Positions 1-14,407 of a DNA stretch of 64,000 nucleotides are shown one piece after another; the first letter of the stretch is position 1, and every line of letters starts with the position of its first letter. The notes under the pieces are model-generated. The model worked only from the letters and a program-made list of their open reading frames with translations. It searched no databases and had not been told where the DNA came from. The translations under genes were made by a program, and so were the position numbers. Source of the stretch: Paraspadella gotoi (Eukaryota; Animalia; Chaetognatha); the NCBI GenBank assembly GCA_051294375.1, contig CM119268.1, forward strand, positions 14,151,240 to 14,215,239, written 5' to 3'.

Positions 1-1790
1 GTCTCTTAGGGAAAATTTTGATCCGATAAGATTCCCCCCCCTCAATCCCCCCCCCCGACTTTTCCTCTCTCGGGTTTTACATCCACCCCCCCCCTTTCGA
101 CGTCCCCGCTTTTCCGCTCTCCTCGCGACACTTTTCTTGAACCGCGTTTTATGTTCCACGTAAAAAACAAAAAAGCTTCCGTGTTCCGCCGACTGATGTC
201 AGCGCCAGTCGTCTCCTCGAACCGAGAACGAAATAAAAACAAAAGGGGCGAGAAGAGCGGGGAGTGAGGAAAGACGTTTACGAGCGATAATCGCCAGCGC
301 CATCTATCTTCTTCTTTTTATGTTTTTTTTTTTCTCTTTCTCTTTCTCCTTTGGAGATGGTGTCTGTGTTTTTCCGCGAGGCGCGCCGCGTCCGGGGATG
401 TCGATGGGCCGCGTGGCGAGATGGTGAGGATGGGGCAATCTGAGTGAGAAGATGGTGAGCGGGTTGGACCGAAAGATGGCGTCTTTCAGGAAGGAGACTG
501 ATATTTTGTAAGTAAAACAGAGGAATATATATTATATATTACTATATGGGCTGTTGGTTTATGTTGTACTATTAATTTTTAATGGAAAATTTGAAACTAA
601 CTAAAGTTGTTCGTTACTTCAAGGATAAACGTACGCTTGAAAATGGTTTTTTTTCGGTCACAAATTTCTATGAAAAATATATAATGTTTTATTTTCGTTC
701 TTGTATATCGCGTATTATCGTGACGCGGTATACGGTAACGTCAGCACTCTCCTATTAACTTCTTGTTACAAACAAAAAATAACTTTATTTAAAAAGAGGA
801 ACCGTTTATTTTCCGACAGTCAATCAATGGCAATGCAGTTCATGAAGCATTAGTAAACAAACGTTAAATCAGCATTCAACAACGATGTTACGTTGAGGCA
901 CCAAAACTACGTTAAGAAACAGAAAAACAAATTTTGAAGTCAGCGCTCGCGACGAATGAATCGCAAAAGTGAACGGCAGTGACGCGACTGACGCCGGCAA
1001 TGACGGAATCGAAAGATGGCGCCAGGGAAGAAACCAATGCAAACGACATCATTTTCCCGGCGCCAACGAAGGACGCCGACGTCCGCCGGCGCCACCGACG
1101 ATGCCAAAGGCGAGGATTCTCCGCCGGCGTCACCGCCTGTCATCTCTTCGACTCAACTCTTCCTCCATGAGGCGGAACGAGGGCCTCTTGTGAGAATCTT
1201 TTCGTTCCAACATCGAAGAAGAAGAGCGTAGATGTCGCGCGCCTATCGACTCCGGACGTGGAAAGACGATAACCTGAAAGAGAATCCTGCCTCGGTTACG
1301 TATAATTCTTTCTTTGATGTGGGTCTTTATTTAAGCTTCACACGCTCACTCTATCTCACTCTCTGACGGGGCGATGTGAAAATGTATGTACTATACCCCG
1401 CTTTGTAATGCTAATCGAAACGTATTGTAATGCTAAATACGTCTTTCTTTCGTCAGTTAAATTTATTGCGTGAAAGAAAGTTGAGTTGAAAAAAAAAAAA
1501 ATTATAAAACCACAAAAGAATTTTTATATCGACGTTTCTCCACCCCACATATAAAAGCGAAGCAGAATTGGGGAATTTTCCATCAGCCCTGAACACCAAC
1601 TTCCTTATCACGTTCTGTCCTATCATCTCCCCCTATTTCTCAAACGCCTCCTCTTTTTAATCTCTTTCCCCCCCTCCCCTCCCCTCACCCCCGAAATAAG
1701 TAAACCAAAAGTGACTCGGAACAAAATAGATTCGCGTAGAATCAGAATATCCCGGCAATTATTATCAACAACATTCTTTCACCGTTTTCT

Positions 1791-1860
<70 letters not shown>

Positions 1861-2110
1861 CCTCTCTCTCTCTCTCTCTCGCCTGTTTGGAGGAGAGCGA
1901 GAATTCGGAATTTCTTTTCCGAAATAGGGCGTGTCCCCGCGCGTTGTAGATCTCGTAACACGTGATCCCGAAACTCCATACGTCGCTTTTGATGCTGCCA
2001 ACGAGTTTGTAAACAAACCATGTTTAAGATAACGTTAATCAGGTTCATTTGTTTTACATGACCGTATTTAACTTTTTAATATTTTAGTTTTCCAGTTATT
2101 GTCATTGTTA
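1..2110 (+). repeat. Near-identical copy of 8430-~10542 (segmental duplication or redundant haplotype)
   Basis: Colinear with 8430-10542 from base 1 (gtctcttagggaaaattttgatcc). Differences are mostly 1-nt indels, plus a short deletion (aaaggcgaggatt vs aaaggcgtcttcctcgacgaggatt) and a few substitutions. Confidence 0.95.
1130..1994 (-). pseudogene. Frameshifted duplicate of the last two exons of the tyrosine kinase gene
   Basis: 1883-1994 copies kinase exon 12 (SIKSDVWSFGITCYEIY..) and 1130-1273 copies exon 13 (GYRL..CW..KRPSF). Both carry several 1-nt indels and no upstream kinase exons are attached. Confidence 0.8.
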
Positions 2111-2120
2111 TCTCTCTCTT

Positions 2121-3061
2121 AAAAAAAAACTTATTAGTGAGGAGCAGAGCTTTACTAAAAGGAAAAGTCTTTGGTTACGATGTTACTGTCAGCGTCACTC
2201 TCGGTATTTTTCTCATTGATTCAAAAAAAGAAAAAGAGAATCAGCGAAAAAGGAGCAAAACAGTTGATCGACTTATCGGCTGAACTGGTTACAAACGCAG
2301 ACCCTCATAATTTTAATTCCTCTCAGTGAATCGCGCTATTCGGACAGTATCACGTTAGGATATTGATTAATTGCGAAATAAACTATTCAATCACTATTTA
2401 CGAAAGATAAACATTTTATTTACTATCAAGAATGTTGAGCTTTGAAAAATAAATTAAATAATATTTTACAATCGTTAAAAAGACAATAGCGCTTTAACTT
2501 TTATGAGCAATATGCTGAAAAAAATTTAATAAAAAAGTCAAATATTGTAAAAGAAAGTGGAACCTTTTAAAAGGAAGAAGAGAAAATACGTAATAACGCC
2601 CTGCGGAATTCAAGACATCTTCACGTTTCTTCGGCCCGCGAAGAGTCTCTTAGGGAAAATTTTGATCCGATAAGATNNNNNNNNNNNNNNNNNNNNNNNN
2701 NNNNNNNNNNNNNNNNNNNNNNNNNNNNNNNNNNNNNNNNNNNNNNNNNNNNNNNNNNNNNNNNNNNNNNNNNNNNNNNNNNNNNNNNNNNNNNNNNNNN
2801 NNNNNNNNNNNNNNNNNNNNNNNNNNNNNNNNNNNNNNNNNNNNNNNNNNNNNNNNNNNNNTTTTTCTTGAACCGCGTTTTATGTTCCACGTAAAAAACA
2901 AAAAGCTTCCGTGTTCCGCCGACTGATGTCAGCGCCAGTCGTCTCCTCGAACCGAGAACGAAATAAAAACAAAAGGGGCGAGAAGAGCGGGGGAGTGAGG
3001 AAAGACGTTTACGAGCGGATAATCGCCAGCGCCATCAATCTTCTTCTTTTATGTTTTTTTT
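2121..3061 (+). repeat. Copy of ~7902-8760; start of a second ~2.64-kb tandem unit, cut by N gaps
   Basis: aaaaaaaacttattagtgaggagcagagc.. matches 7902 onward; gtctcttagggaaaat recurs at 1, 2645 and 8430. Confidence 0.9.
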
Positions 3062-5832
3062 NNNNNNNNNNNNNNNNNNNNNNNNNGAGAGAGAGAGAGA
3101 GCGAGAGAGAGAAGAGAGAGACAATGGTTTGGATGGGGGTGGAAGACTCAGAAGGATAAAACGGTGGGGGCCGGAAGAAAGCAAGGTGGAAATGATATCG
3201 CGTGTTGTTGTTGTCCGTTCGTTGACGTCGTCTTCGCCGGTGGTAGTCCGTCCGTCGACCGCTAATGCGTTGGAGAGAATCGAGCGGGTGACGCCTTCCT
3301 TAAATTCCCTTTAATGTAAATCGGTTGTTCGTCGTCGCTCGCGTTGTTATTTGTTTGGTGAAACGTCGTTGCGGCTAAGATGCAAGGGAAGTCAACCCTC
3401 GTTAACTTTATCGATGTGTTCGTGTCTGACGAGAGAGTAGTCAATTCAGCCTACGATGCGTTGTTGTCGGATTTCAGTTTTCCCCTTTTTTAAATGTATT
3501 TTGTATTTATGTACGATACATATTTAAAAAAATGGAGAAGGACAATTTTTTGTTTCCGACAACTATTCGGCTAATTTGCACTGAAAATTGAAACAAGGAG
3601 AAGAGAGAGAAGAGAGAGAGAGAAGATGAAGAGAGAGAGAGAGAGAGAGAGGGGAGAGAGAGAGAGAGAGAGGGATGAGATAGGTGTGGTGTGAGACAGA
3701 GAGTAAAGATAGTAAGGTCAAAAATTAAATAAATGTTAAAAATTTAATTTTTCTAATATATCTAGGAATATATAGAGCCACATTGTTGTTTGTTTTAAAT
3801 TTTTTAAGTATCCATATCACGTATATTGTAATTTGGAATTAAACCAATTTGATCATCATCTTCCTCATTCTCTCACTCGTGGCGGAATTCGACGCCTATC
3901 GTTTCGCCTTGGGAGGAACGTCTTTGGAACTCGTTTGCGTGATATCTCGACAAAAGGTTCGTTTTAACCGACGCCAGTAGTCCCGACACACGATCTTGAA
4001 GACGACGTCGAACGCTTCTTCGTCGTCATGGCGACAAGTGTGTTCTTTCGTCTGATCCGTGTTCCGTGGGGTTTCACGCAAAAAACTTTTGGCCATTTAT
4101 AAAACTAATATTTCTTATTATTTAGTTTTCACGAATATTTAAAAAATGAGTCGGAGTAGACAAGCAACGATTAAACAATCATAACGTGTAATGAAAAAAT
4201 TGGCCAGAGAGCTTTTTGTGCGAGGAATGAACTTTCTTAAAGTCATGAAAACCAAAAATGATCGAAATGGAGATTAAAATTTTTTTCAAACACAACTCAA
4301 ATTACTTCGATAAGAAGTAATTCGTCTTTGAGAGGAATTAGATAAATCAAGCAATCTTAATCGCCCTTACTTTTCTTTAATTCTTATATTTCGATCGATT
4401 GTCTTCTCGAGATTAAGTCGGACGTAGAATCTTCAATTGGATTCCGATTTTTGGCAGGATAGGATGAGGCGAGTAGTTCGACAACCAAATTTACGAAACG
4501 CCCGTTTAATAACTCGCTGCTCAACTAATAAAATCTTTGAGTGACAAGTATATACCGTTACAAGGTATAATATTTTTTTCACTTCAGAAAGTCGAACCTT
4601 TTTCTTCGAAGAAAATATTTTAAAGCTAACTTTTTCTTATTTTATACAGCGATCTAGACCTAAAGCTATCGAAAGTTCAGAATCCTGAGTCCAGCCTTTA
4701 AAAAACAATAGATAATCCATATTTAAATCCATCCGATTTCAGATATAATTATACTGTCAATATTCAACATTACAAATCCGACATGGCCTTTCTTCGTCGT
4801 GTCGCCTCCGGTTCTTTTGGAACGACGCCAAAAAGGTGGAAAACAACATAGGCCGTCCTTTTCAAACCGCCAAGGCGAATCGTTTCCCCTTCGTTGAATT
4901 TCTTCGTTCACGTGCTTCAAGAGAGACCCTATGCGACGTCCAGAAGCATTTTTCGAAACTAGAAATTGAGGATATAAATGGTTAGTTGGCAACAAAATAG
5001 CAATGATAGCCAAACATTATTAAAACGCTGTCGCTGACTATATAAACATTAAAATATCTGTTTCGATTTGGGAAAAAAATTAGTTAATGAAATATTGCCA
5101 TAAATTGAATCATGAATCTAAAAAAAATTACAGATAGATATTTTCTGTGGTGTCTTGAATGACGGAGAAAGGTGCAACCTGAATAATCCCAAACTACAAT
5201 GGCGATCGCATTTGAGCAGAATAAAGAGATTGGGGGAGAGAGCGTCGAGAAAAATCTGGACATAGCCAGAAGAATTGCGCTCTTCTGAAACGAAGTGCGC
5301 CACGACGTCAGGGAAAGTGGCTGAAGAATAATAAATTAAAAATGAAATGAATTGATAATAATGATAATAATTGATAATAATTCCAGTAAGAGGAAAATCG
5401 TTTGCATTGCCAAACATTCCAAAACCTCTAAAGCTTAACTCGCACAGCAAAGAGCGGAGAGAAGCATGAACGAGGGACGTGGATTTCTTTGAGTCGGTCC
5501 TCGAACCCGCCCACTCTTCTTCACGTTGGCCTCCGCATCCGCTGCTGCAGCGCCATCCTTGATTCGTCACCATCATCGCAGACGTACCTCACATCGTCAA
5601 ACAGCAGACGGCGTAAGGCCGCCGAGAATTGATGAACCTGAATGGATTTGACGTTCAAAATGACAAAACGTTGCCAATTTTCCATGATCTTCTCCGCAAT
5701 CACAAAATTCGTATTCGACTGGCTTCATTTTGCTTGAATTTATTATTGAGAATTATCGATTATTGTAGGTTTAATTCTGTGACTATGTGAAATACACCAT
5801 CACATCTACATTTTTTGAATTATTATACCACC

Positions 5833-6021
5833 TCATTGATAGGGAAGCCAGATTCTCTGGGGTGAATAAACGTGACTGTGCGAGAGTCTTGATTGAAAGC
5901 TTACAGGGACCTGCTATGTCATTTATCTTTTAAGAGTGATGGGGCCTTAAACCACCAAAGCCAGTCCGAAGTCAGGGGCAAGATCCCTTATTTATTATTG
6001 AATGGTTTGTACCAATTTCAT
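5833..6021 (-). mobile_element. Dispersed ~190-bp repeat, inverted copy of 27401-27592
   Basis: cattgatagggaagccag..gattgaaagcttacagggacctgctatgtcat..aaaccaccaaagcc..gtcaggggcaagat..gtaccaatttcat is the reverse complement of 27401-27592. Confidence 0.85.
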
Positions 6022-6619
6022 GTCACAACAACGTCGACAACAACTCCAAACGCTCTCGTCTCACGATTCGTCGGCGCGGTTGAAGACGTGATCCACATGA
6101 CGGTGACGTAAGTGGCGGGGAGAAGGATCCCGCAGAAGAAGGATTCAACGACGATGCACTTGACCGGCTTAATCTGATCCGCACAGGGCGAAGTTCAAGT
6201 CGTTCATGGAGAGGGCGCGCACCTTTTTGGGTAATGGCGGTGAGTTAAGACAACAGGGAGAATCGTGAGCTTTTTATAGTTATTAGAGAAAATATCGTGA
6301 ATAAGGAGCTAGAAGTTGGCTGAAATGACTTTCCTGACGCCATGAAAAGGGCCATCGTTTGATAACCAAGCTTGGATCATTATGTTGATATGCTTTCGTC
6401 AACGAGACACTGGGGTCACTAACTGGAGATACAGTCTATTATTGACCGGGTGAACTGGACAATATAATAAAATGAAACTGAAACTGGGGATTTTTTATTT
6501 TTTTTTTTCCTCACGATTCCGATGTAGACGACGAAGTTGAGCGTCGTGCATTTCGTCAAGAACCAATCGAGACACACGATTTTGGACGCTCTCGCAATCC
6601 CCTGCGATTGGAGAAAATA

Positions 6620-6899
6620 TCAATCAATCGATCAATAAATTAATCAATAAATCAGTCAACCAATAAAATAAAGATTGAAAAAAAAAATCAATCAAATGAA
6701 AAATGAAACAATTAATCAATAAAAATCAATAAAAATCAATACAAATTAAAATCAAAAAAATAAATTCAACCATTCAATCATTCAATCAATCAATCAAATC
6801 AATCACTCAAATCAATCAATCAAATAAAAATGATTAAATCAAATCATCAAATCAATCAATGAATCAATCAAATTAATCAATCAGTCATCAATCAATCAT

Positions 6900-6941
<42 letters not shown>

Positions 6942-6972
6942 TCAATCAATCAATCAATCAAATCAATCATCA
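6620..6972. repeat. Degenerate (ATCA)n microsatellite in a GPCR intron
   Basis: Runs of aatcaatcaatc. Confidence 0.9.
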
Positions 6973-7230
6973 ATTCCTGCTCGATCTTACCTTAATCATC
7001 GCAGAGCGCAAATCCCTCTATCAAAGTGAGTGTCGTTGCTGATGTTCCTCACTCTCTCGTCCCTGATGGATTTGCTCTCCACGTCGAAAGTTGGCGCGAT
7101 ACCCGTCCGCCCCGAAAATCTTGACCAGGGCGAGAGAATGTCGAGGCCTGAAACGAGAGTCTGGAATTATTTTTTAAAACTTATTTCTGGAAAAAAATAC
7201 AAAATGAATGCTTTAAATCTATCTCTGATT

Positions 7231-7323
<93 letters not shown>

Positions 7324-9563
7324 AACGGCGTACTCACAGGCGAGAATGACGAGTCTGACCGATTGAGCCGTCAGGCGCCGCCTCCTCGTCAGCGCGTGAA
7401 TGATGAGAGAGTTACAGGCGACGGAGAAGAGAGCGAGAACGAGCTCGGGGATCATGAGCAGGCGGAAGCGGTTGGTCGTATAGGCCCATGACGAAAACAG
7501 GGGGGGGATGGCAGGAGGAGGTGAGTTTAGGATCGAGAGATAGAAAAGGGATGGGGAAAAGTAAAGGAAGGTGGAATAGCTTAAAGAGAGAGAGAGAGGG
7601 TTAAGGATATAAAAAAAGAAAGAAAGAATAGGAAAAGGTTAGGAGAAATAAAAAAAAATTAAAGGAGTTTCCGAACGGAAATTTTTTTTTTTTATTTTGA
7701 AGCGAGGCGGATTTTCTTATGGCTTTTCGATGGCAACGCAATAATCTTTGCCAACTTAGTTTTAGCCGAGGGGAAATTCCGGGTGGATTTTTTTCTGGGG
7801 GGGGGGGAATGTCCCGTGTGAATGAGTCGAGAAAAAAAAAGATCGTCAACGGCCGGGTTTTCTTTTTCAATTAGTCATCGAAATAGTTTATTGTTTACCA
7901 AAAAAAAAAACTTATTAGTGAGGAGCAGAGCTTTACTAAAAGGAAAAGTCTTTGGTTACGATGTACTGTCAGCGTCACCTCCTCGGGTATTTTTCTCATT
8001 GATTCAAAAAAAGAAAAGAGAATCAGCGAAAAAGGAGCAAAACAGTTGATCGACTTATCGCTGAACTGGTTACAAACGCAGACCCTCATAATTTTAATTC
8101 CTCTCAGTGAATCGCGCTATTCGGACAGTATTCACGTTAGGATATTGATTATTGCGAAATAAACTAATTCAATCACTATTTACGAAAGATAAACATTTTA
8201 TTACTATCAAGAATGTTGTGGCTTTGAAAAATAAATTAAAAATAATATTTACAATCGTTAAAAAGACAATAGCGCCTTTAACTTTTATGAGCAATATTGT
8301 GAAAAAAATTTAATAAAAAAAGTCAAATATTGTAAAGAAAGTGGAACCTTTTAAAAGGAAGAAGAGAAAATACGTAATAACGCCCTGCGGAATTCAAGAC
8401 ATCTTCACGTTTCTTTCGGCCCGCGAAGAGTCTCTTAGGGAAAATTTTGATCCGATAAGATTCCCCCCCCTCAATCCCCCCCCCCGACTTTTCCTCTCTC
8501 GGGTTTTACATCCACCCCCCCCCTTTCGACGTCCCCGCTTTTCCGCTCTCCTCGCGACACTTTTCTTGAACCGCGTTTTATGTTCCACGTAAAAAACAAA
8601 AAAGCTTCCGTGTTCCGCCGACTGATGTCAGCGCCAGTCGTCTCCTCGAACCGAGAACGAAATAAAAACAAAAGGGGCGAGAAGAGCGGGGAGTGAGGAA
8701 AGACGTTTACGAGCGATAATCGCCAGCGCCATCATCTTCTTCTTTTTATGTTTTTTTTTTTCTCTTTCTCTTTCTCCTTTGGAGATGGTGTCTGTGTTTT
8801 TCCGCGAGGCGCGCCGCGTCCGGGGATGTCGATGGGCCGCGTGGCGAGATGGTGAGGATGGGGCAATCTGAGTGAGAAGATGGTGAGCGGGTTGGACCGA
8901 AAGATGGCGTCTTTCAGGAAGGAGACTGATATTTTGTAAGTAAAACAGAGGAATATATATTATATATTACTATATGGGCTGTTGGTTTATGTTGTACTAT
9001 TAATTTTTAATGGAAAATTTGAAACTAACTAAAGTTGTTCGTTACTTCAAGGATAAACGTACGCTTGAAAATGGTTTTTTTTTCGGTCACAAATTTCTAT
9101 GAAAAATATATAATGTTTTATTTTCGTTCGTGTATCGCGTAGTATCGTGACGCGGTATACGGTACGTCAGCACTCTCCTATTAACTTCTTGTTACAACAA
9201 AAAATAACTTTATTTAAAAAGAGGAACCGTTTATGTTTCCGACAGTCAATCAATGGCAATGCAGTTCATGAAGCATTAGTAAACAAACGTTAAATCAGCA
9301 TTCAACAACGATGTTACGTGAGGCACCAAAACTACGTTAAGAAACAGAAAAACAAATTTTGAAGTCAGCGCTCGCGACGAATGAATCGCAAAAGTGAACG
9401 GCAGTGACGCGACTGACGCCGGCAATGACGGAATCGAAGATGGCGCCAGGGAAGAAACCAATGCAAACGACATCATCGTCCCGGCGCCAACGAGGACGCC
9501 GACGTCCGCGGCGCCACCGACGATGCCAAAGGCGTCTTCCTCGACGAGGATTCTCCGCCGGCG

Positions 9564-13266
<3,703 letters not shown>

Positions 13267-13909
13267 CTTTAAGCAATATTTTTTTTGGTCATGAATATAT
13301 TATCTAAGATTCAGTCCATTAGCGAAAAAAAAACAAACTTGTAAACAATATTCAATCCAGTTTCTTCTCAATCAAAGGCAAAGTTCAAAAAATGTTGGTT
13401 GTTCCCAGTTTTGGTCTTCCACCCTTGAAAGTCACGTCGGTTTCAATTCTTTTCAATTGATAAATGTTTTTTTGGAGAAGAATCAGGTCTTTTTCATATA
13501 CCAATTTATGACTGTGTCATGTTTGGAATTAGATAGTACAGCGTTTTAATCATTCTTAGAACCTAAATGGGCTAGTTAAAAAAAATCTTCCGTTAATAGA
13601 ATCATAATTAGAGCCATAATCATACGGAAATATAAATCGTGATTCGCTTTTCTGCCAATCGTTCTAATTTTTTTCCCGATTATCTCCCGAGAGTGTCTGA
13701 AGAGAGCAAGGAAACTGAAAAACAGGTTTTTTATGTTTTGTCGGTAAATCGAGACTAAGCGAGGAAGCAAGGACTCGATTCTTGTCGGTGATTCACCGAC
13801 ATCTACTTTTAATATAATATATGATTATAAATTAGAATTTATTACATTTTTGTTAGAGAAAAGGTTTGAATAATGAGTTTTAACAACGATTTTTATTTTT
13901 CAAAGTAAA

Positions 13910-13951
13910 AACGGACTTGTTTCGGATTACATTTAAGCCTTCATCAGCGTT
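13910..13951 (-). ncRNA. Minimal type-I hammerhead ribozyme motif (Penelope-like element type)
   Basis: Minus strand: AACG CUGAUGA aggcuuaaauguaaucc GAAA CAA GUC CGUU. Stem I AACG/CGUU, intact core, very short stem III, GUC cleavage triplet; stem II is weak. Confidence 0.65.
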
Positions 13952-13985
13952 AAATTTGCTTTTAAATTTAACGCTGATGAAGGCT
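13936..13985. repeat. Perfect 22-bp inverted repeat with 6-nt spacer
   Basis: agccttcatcagcgttaaattt-gctttt-aaatttaacgctgatgaaggct; overlaps the hammerhead 5' half. Confidence 0.95.
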
Positions 13986-14407
13986 AATTAATAATTAGTA
14001 ATTATTATATAATATTATATAATATTATATAATTAGTAATTAATAATTAGTAATTATACCACACAACGAAAAGAAAGTTTGTAACATAATGTCTACATTT
14101 TTATTATATGAAATTTTATTAATCTTATGAATCTTATGAATTTCGAATTTTCCTATTAGTTTGAAACCGCACTCGTACAAAAAGTTTTCTTTTTTTTTTT
14201 CACATAAACTCGTTTTTTTGATCAAAAATACGTCAAAAAATCATTCGTTTGAATAGAATGCTTAGTTTCTCGGTCGGCTAAATAAATGGCTCAGTTTGAC
14301 AAAGTGTTCTTTATTGGAATATAAAAATGCATTGCTCAAAGAATCCAAAAAACTCTGAAATCGAGCCTGAACCTCCTGCGCCACCTACATTGTTGACCCG
14401 AAACAGT

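Larger units (their letters stand above)
4780..7490 (-). pseudogene. Divergent class-A (rhodopsin-family) GPCR-like gene, frameshifted in this assembly
   Basis: GT-AG bounded segments: 7338-~7490 (MIPELVLALFSVACNSLIIHALTRRRRLT = TM1 Asn plus basic ICL1); 6991-7147 (the splice creates VILA|CLDIL, the TM2 LAxxD motif); 6515-6601 (GIARASKIVCLDWFLTKCTTLNFVVYIGI, TM3-like); 6065-6222 (VRALSM..KCIVVESFFCGILLPATYVTVMW, TM4-like). Further hydrophobic pieces at ~5440-5718 and ~5135-5320. Several 1-nt frame breaks; both ends uncertain. Confidence 0.55.

Noticed and set aside
1711-2048. ORFs with poly-ER/RE/SL runs (here and throughout the window)
   Set aside because: They are translations of (GA)n/(CT)n microsatellites; in the kinase the tract is intronic.
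3896-4096. 66-aa minus-strand ORF downstream of the GPCR-like gene
   Set aside because: No recognisable motif; it could be a further exon, but I could not link it by splice phase.
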